From Seison nebaliae (Eukaryota), in NCBI GenBank assembly GCA_023231475.1, contig JALJEE010000642.1, positions 1-50,618 of the forward strand: 50,618 nucleotides of DNA. Reading direction: 5' to 3'. A program made the position numbers and the translations under genes. Shown here piece by piece: positions 24,983 to 37,742 of the stretch. Every line of letters begins with the position of its first letter. Position 1 is the first letter of the stretch. The notes under the pieces were generated by a model. The model was given only the letters and a program-made list of their open reading frames with translations, made no database searches and was not told the origin of the DNA.

Positions 24983-26937
24983 TTAGAGATTTCTTTTGTT
25001 ATAATCTTTCCATTCTTTGTTCCAACTATTCTTCAAATTCTTCTCCATGTCGTTGATTTGCCTAGACAAATAATCATTTTGCTCCTTTGTGTGTGATAAG
25101 TTCTTTATGCTTTTTTTACTACCTACAAATTCCGTCATATATTTTTGTGACGGTTTCGGATATTCACTCACTTTGGGGGAGGGTGCATTCCTTTTTGATT
25201 TATCTGTTAAATGAAAAATGAGAAATTTTTGTTTATTGACATTCAAATATTAACGTTTCGTATGAGATGATATTGTTGATAAAGTCGATTTCTTACTGGA
25301 TGTTAAACTGATTGTCGATTTCGGTTTACTTCGTTCGGGATATTTGCCCTTAGACTTGTTACTTGAACTGTCACTTATCTGAGATTTAACAGGAGATTGA
25401 CTCATTGCCATTTGATGGTTCTTGTAGATTTTGAAGAATTTGATGAATAATTTCTGAACATCCTCCCCAATATATGTACCAGTGAAATGACCGATATATA
25501 ATGGATATCCATATTTCTTGTGAAATACTACAAAAATAAAGGGATGATTACACGTAATATCTAGAGGTTCAGTTTGTTTTTTAGCACATTTATATCGATG
25601 TGCAAAATCGTGAAAATTTTCTTCTGAAATTTATTAGTGAAAGGAATTCAAATGAAATAAAGTTGAATGAACCATGGACTGTTAATTCGACGGTGTTCAA
25701 TTGTCGGAAATAGTTGAAATTCAATTTATTTGTTGTTGATGTACATAAATCGGAACTCAGATTAATGAGAGACGATTGAGATAATTGAAATAAATCCACT
25801 ACTTTATTCACCTAAATAAAAATGAAAATTATTATTCGATTGAAGATGGAGATAGGAGAAAAGTGTGACATCAAAACCAAATTTAATACCAATAAATGGC
25901 CATCGTAAGTTACATGGTTGTAATCGACAACTTTTCATTTCTTTTTTAATAAAATTGAAATTGAATGCTGATAATAATGAACTGAGTCCATCATAACTAT
26001 CGGGTAAGAGAATGAATATATTCATATCCGAATTTATTTTCGATGGCAGAATGAATGATGAACATTTCATTTGTTCATTATAATGATATGGCAATTGAAT
26101 ATTATCGAATTGTTTATGAGGAATATATTCGATCTGAATATCAGGATTTCGCCTATTTTCAACATGATCATAATATTGTTCATCCGATATATAAAATGGC
26201 ATCGTTTCCGTATTATTCGATGGTACATTAACCGTATCTGAAATCTCAAGTTTAGTTCGATTAATCAACATCATATCAATGACATTATATCGATTCATTT
26301 GGAAATTATTAAATGGACTAATGTCAATATCTTCATCCATCTCAAATTGTTTTAAATATTCGATAACATGATTCTCCGTTTTCTGTTGTTTGACAGCATA
26401 CAATTTCTGATTTTCTTCCTTATTAACCATTTTCATCAATTCATAATAAAATTTATCAGCTATGAGAACATTCTTTTCATTATGAATCTTATTTGGATAG
26501 CACAATAATTGCGAAGAAAAATCTTCATATATTCTTGTGGTTTTTCGTGAATTGCCTTGTAATGGAACATTAGCAAATACCGAAAAATCTCTCAAGATCT
26601 TTTCGAAAATTGTGGGATAATCTTTCCCTAAATACATTTCCGGTGTTAAGAAAATCATTTTTAAAATTTGCCGAATATTATTTTTGGTAGAACTGTCAAT
26701 ATAATCCATTCCTAATAAATGGGCTAATTGAACATAAATCGGTAACGGACATATTATCGTATTTGACAATTGATCTACATTTTAAAAATTATTTGTAATA
26801 ATATTTCTCTTAAAATTTAAACCATGTGATTCATTGTTCAAGAAATGCTTCTCGCAGCATAATCTTAAATAAAGATCAATCGTGAATCGAGATACAGCTT
26901 CTGCAACACTATTCAGATCTTCGTCAGTGATAAGCAT
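24983..26937 (-). CDS. Divergent serpin-fold protein with C-terminal extension, 5 exons
   Basis: FTIDLY...NTIICPLPI at the N-terminus, IQLPY...MNIFILLPDSYDGLSSL, and the serpin signature ITCNHPFIFVVFHKKYGYPLYIGHF, followed by a Ser/Lys-rich tail. Confidence 0.8.
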
Positions 26938-27899
26938 CGTTCAAAGAGAGAGAGAGAAAGATCAACGGAAGAAAAGAGAATATATCGGGGAAAAAGTGAT
27001 TTTTTTCTAAATTGTAAGAAAACAATGTAGGACAACATTTCTACATCTTTCCCATGACGTCATTCTTCATCTTTATTTCCGCTATTTCTTATCTTTATTT
27101 ATCAATTGCTGATCAGTCGTCTTCAACTATCGTTCTCAACTTTGTTTTTATTAAAATTCATCCGAAAAAAAAAATATTTTACGAATATTTATCTCTTATT
27201 CTCTTACCGCAAGATAATTTTAAATTCTTCTAAAATTTGACCATTCAGTAGAATGCCTAACATACTAACGAACTATATAGTATAAGTAATTTGAAAAATG
27301 GAAATTTTTTATGTATATTTATGTTATAAGTCTTTCAAATATATCAGGTCCATTCTCCAGAAAAATCTGATATCATTCAACTGATAATGTCAAGGATACT
27401 GATTTGATTAAAAATTTAATTTCATATGATTATTGTGAAATAACAATTGAAATTTAGAAGTTTCTATTAAAGATAAATATATAAAGTTTTATATAAACTA
27501 TAAACAGAAAACGCGAGATGAAGAACGAAATAATTTATAGAAAGTTTATATACTGTATATATTATATATGTATATAATATTACGAATAAATTTTGTATTG
27601 AATACATATATATATTGTATATTTTTATTAAAATTGGAAATGGGAAATGTATATAAAGAAAATATGATTTCAGCTTTTATCAGGAAAGGAATCGTTTTAG
27701 GAATAGAATTGTAATAATGATAAATTCATTATATTAATGCTCGTAAAGCAGTAACAATAACTTTCGATTTTGTAACGCCTTCAAGAAAATGACGAACACA
27801 AATGAACAGTGAAAATGTACGATGGGAAAATTATCAGAATGAACTAATTGTTTCTTCAACCGAATTTTCCCATCATGTTATTTTGACTGATGATGGTAC

Positions 27900-27907
27900 T
27901 ATAAAAG
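27900..27907 (+). promoter_or_regulatory. TATA box of the secreted antistasin-like gene
   Basis: TATAAAAG lies 43 bp upstream of the signal-peptide ATG at 27943. Confidence 0.6.
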
Positions 27908-27942
27908 GAACTGGACAAAGAAATTATCTGAAGAATAAGAAA

Positions 27943-28460
27943 ATGATGGTTAAATCGCTATTAGTTCTCTTCGTAGTTTGTGTTGCAATAAGTGATGTAG
28001 TTGGTGGAAGGTGGTATGGTGGTGGTCGATGGGGCAAAAGAGGTAAGAATGGGTGCCTAAAGCTGAATTCTTTTCTTGGGTGTCCAAGACCGAATTGTCC
28101 AACTGCGTGTGAATTCGGTTACGCTCGAAATACGACCAGTGGATGCATAATTTGTGATTGTCAAACGGATCCTTGTATCGTTAGAATTTTTGTTTGATAA
28201 AAATTAAATTAAATTTTTTATTTTGCTAGGGTGTGACTTGTCCGGATAACTCAGTCTGTACTTCTTTAAGTCAAAACAACTTTGCGTATTGTATACCTTG
28301 TTAGTCTTCAATATTCTCTAATTAATAGTTTTATGGAATTCCGTTACGTTTAGCTTATTTATTTGATAAAGTGAAAACATATTTGGCAGGAAGATATACA
28401 CCAGTTGCAATTACTACTCCCAGACCATATTCAGGCGGATCATGGTGGTCCCGAGGCTGA
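27943..28460 (+). CDS. Small secreted protein: signal peptide, RW-GKR peptide, antistasin-like domain, follistatin-N-like domain (137 aa)
   Basis: Exons 27943-28179, 28230-28299 and 28354-28460. CPRPNCPTACEFGYARNTTSGCIICDC has antistasin cysteine spacing. DPCIGVTCPDNSVC...AYCIP is FOLN-like. Confidence 0.8.
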
Positions 28461-28679
28461 AACCGTTTAAAAGTAGAAACTTTTCCGAATATTAAGAAGT
28501 ACAATTAATTTTGATCAATTTTATTTATTCTACGTATACTTTTATTATATTAATTCTAATAAAATTTCATTCCAAATTGAAAATCATTATCTTATTACCT
28601 ACTACTATATCTTATGAATATGCCATATAGTAAAAAGTTAATCTGACACTTTTTGGATTTTATAAAATTTCTCTCTACT

Positions 28680-29740
28680 TAGGGTCGATATGTGATTAGA
28701 GAAACGAAATTAGGTAAAAATGATCGAAAAAGAAAAAAATATGATGGTGATGAATGTCGCGAAATGATGAAATTCCGGACAGCATTGAAAAGATAGTGGA
28801 GTTTCGCATAAAGATTGGCTCCTTTTTCCATATTGCACACCGTTTTCTTTTGGTTTTTTCGGCTATATATTGACTTTCTGCACACAGGGCAGGTTTAGAA
28901 TATTACTTTTCTGTCTTTTTCCTTGAGAATTGAATTTTTTTTGATTAAGAACAACAAATCCCCGCGGGGTAAATAAAGAAGAAAATAAGATAACTCATAA
29001 GGTGAATCATCAGAAATAAATGATTTGGCCTGATTTACTCTTGAAAGAAACAAATCCGGCATATCATGACACATGCTCACTGAATCGAACGCTTTCGACG
29101 CATCAATAAAATAGAAGATGAGTGCCTCTACAATTTGGAACGATAAGCGAATTGGAACTTGGAACAATATAGATTCGACGTAAACCCATTTTTTATCACT
29201 TATTTCAATTATTTAGTAGTTGCCGGAATATTCTTCAAATGGAATATTGCCTGTCCAGAAATTTTTTAGTTTTGCTATTGAAGAAGAAAGGACGAAACTC
29301 TACTCCGGAGGGCCAGAAATCGGCCTTCGATACTTGTTCAATTTCTGACGCTACAATTGCAATAATCACTTTCGATGATCGATTACTCAACCGTTGTCCA
29401 TATTTGCGAAATTTGCCGACTATTTATATTTCGGTCCATTAGGAATTTGTCTAAATTCTCCAAAGGAATATTACGATCAATTCTGGAGAGTATTACTCTT
29501 CTGGTCGCCAATTCCTGGATCTTACAAACAGTTGTGATCAACGGGTCATCATTACCGGAACATTTAACAGTTGAATGCAGTTGTTTTCTCATTCGATTTA
29601 CGAATCTAGGACAAAACGGCACCCTTTAATATTTTCTTTTTGAGTCTGTTCTATTGACTCAAGGAGAGAGAAGTAGATAAGGAATTTCCTTTTCTTATAT
29701 AAAGAAGGATAGAGATATAGAACAATCAAGTCTGTTTCCA
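28680..29740 (-). mobile_element. Degraded non-LTR retrotransposon ORF2 fragments
   Basis: RT motif FIDASKAFDSVS in 28895-29167, a TCPVCRK zinc-binding-like stretch near 28880, and multiple stops and deletions. Confidence 0.7.
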
Positions 29741-29936
29741 CAATACGAACTCAAAAATAAAAAATAAAAAGGTAATTTTGTTTGTTCGAGTAATAAAATT
29801 TACGTTTTTAATGAAATATTATAAGAAATAAAAAAGTTATTTGGAAATTATATTTATTTTCTATCCAAAAAATTGAGAGTAATAATATATGAAACAAAAC
29901 AAGTAAAACAAAAAAGTAAAAATATACAAATTAGTT

Positions 29937-31072
29937 TTAAATAAATTTATTAAGGTATGAGACGACCTGATCTTTATTATAATTCGCGACTTTCTTTCTT
30001 ATCTCTTCATCTTTCTTAAATTGTTTCTTCGAGACTCTTCTCAATTCTTCTTTCATAGTTTGGTTGAATTTTGTGACCTCTAAATTTAATTTTGTTTTAA
30101 TTAATACTTCGGTTTTTTGTACACCCATGGGGCTTCTGGGAATAATAAATTTTAAACCATTATTTCCTCCTTCTACACCGTTATTGGTTCTAGGGAGATT
30201 AGAAACTACTCGGGTGTAATTTGACCAGAGTTCAGGAGGAAATAATGGTGTGGTAAACCCAGAAAAAGAAGAATAGCCCACATAAGTTTTTTCGAAGTAG
30301 GAGAAAGTGTCTTTCGCGGGGTCCGAAACTGATTCACCTATCTTTCGAAAAGCTAATGGAATGTCCTCGCGACAAATGAAAGGGCCTTAAGCAATTGAAT
30401 TTTTTTCTTATAACTCTTATTCGATTGATATTCTACTTTTTCCCTAAAATTTGTACCTGTCTAATAATTGATTGCCCTAAAAGGAAATAGCAACCGTGGA
30501 TTGTTGCACTGAGGAAGATTAACCTAAACGCGTTAATTGTTGCTACCTCAAAATCCACTGTTATCGAACAAACTATCCTGTTTCCTAAAAATTTCCTAAA
30601 TTCCGAAAAAACCTCGACATAATGTTCCTGTCTTTTATTTTTCATAAAAACATATCCTAAGTTTATAAATTGATTCTCTAATAAAACCGATCTTTCTTGT
30701 AACCGATGAAATACTTCCAAAAACGCTTTATACGTCCACTGGCGCTTTTGAAAGTGTTCTGGCCACTATCGAGGATGGTGCTTCACTTGTGCATTTGCTT
30801 GCTTCATTTATCGTATTCTTCAATTCCAATTTCTCGATTTCCAGTTTCTCCATATCATGCGAATGGTTGTGTCTCATATGTTTGATTTTCAAATTCTTAT
30901 CGACACATATCATTGCCTTGCAGCTTTGTGATGTTTTATGTTGTCTACAGTACCAGGTGGAACTTCCAGAACTGACATAATCTTTCTTTTTGTAATATAT
31001 AAATTCTTCGTTAACGATCGCAAGTTAGTTTCCCTTGGAACTCGGAATAAATCTTTTATTGTTCATGACCAT
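29937..31072 (-). mobile_element. Mutator (MULE) transposase pseudogene with FLYWCH zinc finger
   Basis: FLYWCH WYCRQ...CKA...HNHSH, MULE core ITVDFEVATINAF...IHGCYFLLGQSI, and PLFPPELWS...PRTNNGVEG. Interrupted by stops and frameshifts. Confidence 0.9.
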
Positions 31073-31079
31073 GAAAATA

Positions 31080-31510
31080 TTGCCCAAGGAATTAAATGTT
31101 TCTTTACAATTTTTAAATAAGAAATGCCTAAGAAATAGATATAGGTACCACTCCCTGAGCCGAAAAACATGCCCAAACCATTACGGATTTCCGATGATTT
31201 TTCGAGCCCATTCTTGTTCCGATTCCCGACTATCTCCTTGAACGTCCAAAAATGAAGGTTTCCATCGGGTCCATTCATCGAAAATTTTTTTTCATCGCTA
31301 TAGACCACCTTCGTCCAATCAGGTGGTTGGCGTAAGATTTTTTCCGCAAATTTGATGCGGTTGTCCATGTGAAACTTTGATAAAAAGAATTTCATCGTTT
31401 TCTTTTGCGATGTTACATCATTCTCCTTCAATAATTTCCAAATGGTGGGCGGGGTTTGAGATATATTCAATTCCCTTCTGATAACCCTCAACGATTTTTC
31501 TCGGTTCCGT
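31080..31510 (-). mobile_element. Tc1-family transposase fragment
   Basis: HTH SLRVIRRELNISQTPPTIWKLLKE, RIKFAEK, and the first catalytic motif WTKVVYSDEKKFSMNGPDG; truncated. Confidence 0.85.
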
Positions 31511-31739
31511 GAAATAAAATAAAGAATATGATATAAAATAAACATAACATATAGTCATCTGGTCGTCGATTCTTCTCTGTCCATTCATTCGTATTTCACT
31601 CTATTCTCTCCTATCATACTGTTTTGGATTAATTTATACATTAAGTTTCAAGTTTGTGACGAATTGGTCAAAATGTTTCTGAAGTTTAAAGAAAATAACT
31701 AAGTTATCTTATACATGAAATTATTTAGTATATACAAAA

Positions 31740-31914
31740 TTATATATAAAAATTACATACCTACATCTATATACATAATAGAAAAAGGCCAAAAACCTAG
31801 TGTTAGATTTTGATTAAGGATATGGAAATTCACATGTCGTTTTTACTTTATTTTTCCTATCTGCCTACTTTTTTTGGAATGAAATGGCGGATGCGAACGC
31901 CTACCATTCCCTTG
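31740..31914. mobile_element. Solo right arm of the Tc4/Tc5-like MITE family of 765-1100
   Basis: Ends GGCGGATGCGAACGCCTACCATTCCCTTG followed by TGA-G (TNAG). Internal CTACATCTA...AGAAAAAGGCCAAAA matches about 945-980. Confidence 0.85.
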
Positions 31915-32119
31915 TGAGATATTTTAATCCGAGTAACACCGAATTGTTTTTTTATGGAATCGAAAAATTGATAAACGTCAGGGTTTTTCGTACCGAAATA
32001 TTATTGGTTCGAGGCAATCCCGCCAGGGTTCTTTGAAAATTGGACCATAGGCGAATCTCAAACCTAGGGAATTTAATCGTTCCAATATACGTTTTGTCGA
32101 AATAATCGTAAATTTTTTT

Positions 32120-32290
32120 CCAAATTTATTTCCAAATACGTACTCTGCAGCCTTTATCGCTGCTAATTCAAAATCCGTTGTGATGGTGGTTGGACATATA
32201 TTTTCGCTTTTCATAAAATTTAACAATTTTTCATACGTTTCTTTATTCTTCTTAGGTAATAGAGAATATATAAGAGTGCCCTTTTTTGAC
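32120..32290 (-). mobile_element. Second MULE transposase fragment
   Basis: IYSLLPKKNKETYEKLL...PTTITTDFELAAIKAAEYVF. Confidence 0.8.
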
Positions 32291-32873
32291 GAAATTCTAT
32301 ATAATTGTTGGAGGGGGATAGGTTCCACGGATAGACGGACCTGATTCCTACTAGATCTTCCTACCTGATTTTGCCGCGTTAAGGTAAGAAGCTTTCACCC
32401 CACCAATGGGATTATTTCCTTTCAGAGGACATTTGTTCTCATTTGGAACATTCTGGATCAACGGTAATGATGATGGTTCATTTGTGATCCCTAATTTATC
32501 ATGAATTGTTGTAAACAATTTCGTCAATTTCTCTGTTTCGGCAATATTTGATGATAAGTTATTGTTGATTTTTTTTACTTCATCGCTTATTTCCGTTTTT
32601 TTGATCAAGCAGCTTCCATCGACAGCTGGACCATAGTTGGTTCTTTTATTCGTGGAAGGTGTACAGGTATTTTTAGAACCTTTCGGTTTTCCCCTTCCTC
32701 TCTTGGTGAAAGCATATCTTTTCCGACGCTCCGGAACTATTATTCATAACACAATCAGTATTATTATCAATTTCGGACAACTCTTCGTCGTCTACATCAT
32801 CAGAATTATTAAACAATTTATTAATGTTAACCAAAGACATGTTAAAATTTTTTTTTCTTCTTATATTTAGCAA
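32291..32873 (-). mobile_element. Possible LINE ORF1 (gag-like) 5' remnant
   Basis: Broken frames with coiled-coil character and SYLNAAKS (SYA-like motif), on the same strand as the RT fragments. Confidence 0.4.
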
Positions 32874-33492
32874 TTATATAATATAAACCATAATATATAT
32901 TACAAACTTTTTTGTACGCAAAAATAAATTTTTTGTCAGAAATAAAACTTATTATTTCCCTTAAGTAATTTTATTAACGTGTCTGTTTTCCGTTTTTACC
33001 ATTATATCTTGTTTAACAAGTGGAAGACATAGACATTTGTCCGATACTGTCATGGCAAGACATTTCTACTTTTTAATCATGTATAAGGAGAATTTCTATA
33101 TGTTTAACAGAAAAACTACGTGTATCTGGATTTTATTTTCTTAATCAGTTCTTAAAATATAGAGAAATTTTCAAAAGTTACCCTAGGAAAATACCTTGGA
33201 AAAAAAAGTAACAGCATCATTAATTTTTTTGGAAATTTATTTTAAACAAAGATTATATTGCATTTACAGGAAGTTAAATTCGAATCAAATCAAAAGTGAA
33301 ATGATATGGGAATGATCGATTAGTTAGGAAAAGTAGAAACTTGTAAAAAAGCCAAAAAATTTTATCTTTTTTTCAAAATCAAAATTCATTTCAGTTAATT
33401 TTAATTTTGTGACATGCAAATACTTCGTGTATATGGAATATCATTATTATTATTTCTAATTATTCTCCTCAATAGAAATAATCATATTTCAG

Positions 33493-34772
33493 GTTCCTTA
33501 TTTCTCTAACAATAAATGAGAGTCATAAAAGGAAATTTAAAGGGAAAAAGGCTGCGGATTTGCAGGGTCAGATGTATACTTATCATCGTAAAAACCATTT
33601 GAAGCAAAATGAAATACTATATTTCATTGATAAGAGTAACATATTGAATAGCTCAATACTAACAGCTAAAGTTTCACTACAAACGGAAGATAAGTTATAT
33701 ATATTGTGCAATTGAATTAATATAGAATTTTAATCAGATCTGCCATTTATGAGAAAAAGCTTACGAATAATGATCATAAATACCAAAAGATTTGTCATAA
33801 TAAATTTGTTGGTACTTTTCATGAAAAAGTGGAACAATCTGCAATTAATTCTCCAACATATGGATACTTATATTTTTGTGATACTTATTCGAATTTGTTG
33901 GATTTCAAATCTCTATTGTAGATAAGTAAATTATTTGATTTAAAATATTTTAGCCGACTTCAAATCACATACACAATAAAGGGCCAATCGAACCCTTTGA
34001 CAAGACATTATTTATACAGTTGCCAAAAACATGCTTTAGTCATCATTAGGGGCGATTTAGCGAGTAGCATGCCTAATATAAAATATGAGATGTTCGGTAA
34101 GAGAACAAGAATTGCTTTCTACCAAATTGGATGGTCAAAACCGCCGAATTATTCAGGTACTTCTGGAATGCGTTTAGACAGAATGAAGGAAAGTAATCCA
34201 CCAAAGTCGGATTCAGAGCTTGGACGCGATTCTAAGCACGATGTCGATATAAAGGATTACTGTAAAATTTTAGAGAAAATGTTTGGTGTCAAAATAAATG
34301 TAGATGTAAAGAATTCGAGTTGTACAATATTATATAAACGAATAGTGTCGCAAATGTTTTTTAAGCAAATGCAAATTCATGATGGCAATGCAAGTTAATT
34401 CATTCAAAATTTATAGATGATTTGGAAAAATTTTTAGATAAAACCCGAGTTATATATGAGGATGTTCTTTCATCGAAATCAACTATTTTACTAATAATAA
34501 CTGAACTCATCATTGTCATCGTTTACACTGTAATACTTTTATGTTGGTATTTCAAGAAAATCGCAGATCCCACACGCTTCGGTAGTACTTTCCAATTGGA
34601 GTTTGCTGATGGAGAAGACGGCATTCAAACAATAAAATTAAGGAGTCTTACTGATATATCGAAAGTAGGAAAAGATGGTCTTGGAGTCGACAATCGTGTA
34701 GATATGAAATTACAAGAAAATCGTTCTGTAGCTGCTTTAAGTAGAAAGGCATCGATTCTTATCAAAAAATAG
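33493..34772 (+). CDS. Uncharacterised multi-exon single-pass membrane protein (5' end uncertain)
   Basis: Open exons at about 33493-33692, 33739-33917, 33954-34394 and 34417-34772 can be joined in frame. Hydrophobic segment ILLIITELIIVIVYTVILLCWYF followed by KK. Confidence 0.6.
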
Positions 34773-35268
34773 AACTAGTTTATGGTCATTTATCTTAATT
34801 ATTCTTTAGTCGTAATACATATTTAACTAACACTTTTTCATATCTGTTTCCCAAAATATTGGGTGTGGAATTTATTTATTGGAATTTGATTATCTATGCA
34901 GGAAATTTCAAAATAAAACTGTTTCATTAAAATTCAAACTTATTCTATTTTAAATAAAGAAAATTACATTTTAAATAAAAAAAAACATATTTCTTCCGAT
35001 TATTTAAGGGAATATTTCTATATCTATTTTTATTTGTTACGTGATAAAATAATGGAAATAATTTCACTTCACAACAACTTTGAGGAATTTCAAATCAATC
35101 AATATTGTATGCATACACATGTGTATTATCTATCATTAACGGTTAGAATTAAAGAAACTAAGGAGATTATTTATTTTCTGGAAATACATTTTAAATTAGA
35201 TTAAACTAGTTTCGAATATCATTGTGAAGACAATTTAAAAATGGTTCCAAAATTTTTACTTAAATAAT

Positions 35269-36342
35269 TTAATCTACCGGACAATAATAGACATTTCGAC
35301 ATGATGTTCCTGTGCATCTCTCAATTTTGTTGCATGATACTCCACAACTCCTACGACATCGGCTACCTCGAGTATGGTATTCGTAACAGAAACCGACTGA
35401 ATTTGTTTCCACACAAATACGACCATCTTCACATGTCATTTGGGCGCATGCTTTATATATAAAAAAGATTATTCGATTTAGGAAGGAATCAGATAATTAC
35501 AGAATTAGAAAGTGAATTATAACTTTCCGGTTTCTTCATGCAACGTTCGCAACATTCTCCTTCTTTCTTACCCAAGCTTTCTCCGTTCTTACAATCTCCA
35601 TTAACTTCTGGACATGTGGTTGCACAAGACCATTTTCTTTCGTCGCAACTACATGGCATACAATGTTGGATTGATGTTTGTCCCGGTTCATAATACGTTC
35701 CATTTAACCAACACTTATGGAACATTGGATCGGCTGAAAGATAAAGTGAAAATGTGGTTGAGAAAATGCTCATAGAAAATTCGGATTAACGTTCACAAGT
35801 AGTACAACATCCATCTGGTGTTTTCATTTCGACAAATCCTTCAGTACATTGAACTAAAGCACATTTGGGGACACAAGATACTAATCCATTTTCGCATGAA
35901 CAAATGTTACATCCGATGAGAGATTTCTTTCCCGATATGATTATCTGATCTTCATAAGTACAACCTATTAAGTTAATTATTAGTAATTGATATTAGATGG
36001 AAATGAAGAATTTTCCATTTTTGAACTTTCCGAGTCTTTATGATCTGTACAAATTGGACAACATTCTCCATCTTGCACAACTGGGATCAATCCGTCAGGA
36101 CATTTAGTTTCACCACAAAATGTTTTCACACAAGTCATCTCGTCCTTGTAACAATAACATTTCTGACATTTATCTTCTGCTATAACATCGCCCTCACTAT
36201 ATTTCATATCATCAACGAGACAATCGGAATAAACAGTTGACACTTCGAATTTCAAGAACCAAATTAATTTCAGATAATATTAAATATAAAATTAACCGAA
36301 AGTCAAAAGAATGAAAGAGAATGGATATAAGAAAATTTTCAT
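35269..36342 (-). CDS. Secreted cysteine-rich protein with three VWC repeats and a Cys-rich tail, 5 exons
   Basis: Signal MKIFLISILSFILLTFVS. Three repeats with CxxCxC...CCxxC (CQKCYC...ECCPIC; CNICSC...GCCTTC; CMPCSC...ECCERC). Ends ...NVYYCPVD. Confidence 0.85.
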
Positions 36343-37742
36343 TGTTATTCGAGAAATGTTGATGGCTTTGGCAGAATAAGTAACGTAGAGAATGAAAGTA
36401 AATTCCTCAAAGACAATTAGAAAAGTTTAAAACTATTATATAACAATTAGTTGTTCATCATTTTTCGTTTAATTTTTCTCCTCCTTCAAATTTGCAATAT
36501 GTTTCGAGTGATATCGAACTCCTCTCAAGTTATTTTTCATCAAAATATTTTTCTCTTCTCTAAGTTGCACAAGAAGAGCATGTTCCTTTTTCATGTACAT
36601 CACATATCAAATAATAATCACAAGTCGTTACAACCATTTTTCTCCACCAATTTCATACATTATAAAAAGACTTTTCAACAGCAGTAATTTTTCTAATTTT
36701 CTCCAGTAGTCAGTAATGATGATCTACAGATATTTTATGTACTCCATTTTTTCATTCGATCATGAAAACTTGTTTCATATTAATTTCGAATCAGAACGTA
36801 AACATCTAAACTATCTTTTTACCCATACAAAAATTTATAGTCTGTGATATATTCAATTTTAAGTCAATGTTACCTGACTATCATAGTTTAATTGTTTTCT
36901 TTAATTCAATTATTTAATAATTTTCAACTGTTCAAATATTTTTTCTAAGAACAAATTTCTCGATTAAAAACATTCCATAATTTTCATGATTTTAATAAAA
37001 AAAATTTCGAAATAAGGAACCAAATTGAATGAAATAAAAATTTGAAAAAAAAACCTTATGGGAAATTAATCAGGTTCTCCGAAGAACATTCACATATTTA
37101 TTTATTAACTAATTAAAAGTTTGATTAAAAAATAATAATGAGATAATAATAATTAATTGTGAGTTAATAAAATTTGAAATAAAGCGGGCGGAATTGATTA
37201 GTAAACAAATAAAAATGGAAATGAATAATTTTCAAAGGAAATTTTTGACTTTGAGAGAAATAGTAATTGAAAATTTTCACTTTATTCTCCAACTAAAAGA
37301 GAAGGAATAATTATAAGCAAAAAGATTAAATTAAAGCTTTCTCTCGAACGATTCATCTTCAACGGTCTATACACATATCATCTTGTTTCGTAATAACAAT
37401 TCTTAATCACATACAAATACATACATTTTCATCTATCCATTGGTCGTGATAGAAGAAAGAAAAATTGAAGTTGAATAATATTTTCTAGAAAAAGAAGAAA
37501 ATACAGAAAAAAATAGAAATTTGATTTTAGTTTCTTTTACTCGGAAGCAAAAACGTTCACGAACAAACGATGTACATGAGAGAGAAGGATGTGTAAAATC
37601 AATTGGGAGAGGATAAAGTACAAAAATAAGTTCTCTTAATTTATCTATTTGGGGAAGAGGAAAGGTCAGTCAGAGGTCAATTATCTTAAACTCGACACAT
37701 TCGATAAAAATTTCATAAAGAAAAGAAATTGATGAGAAGAAC

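Noticed and set aside
27802..27942. N-terminal extension of the antistasin-like ORF
   Set aside because: Contains the TATA box, and the signal peptide starts at 27943.
36451..36687. 78-aa ORF between the VWC gene and NPC1
   Set aside because: Composition typical of AT-rich non-coding DNA, with no motif or splice support.
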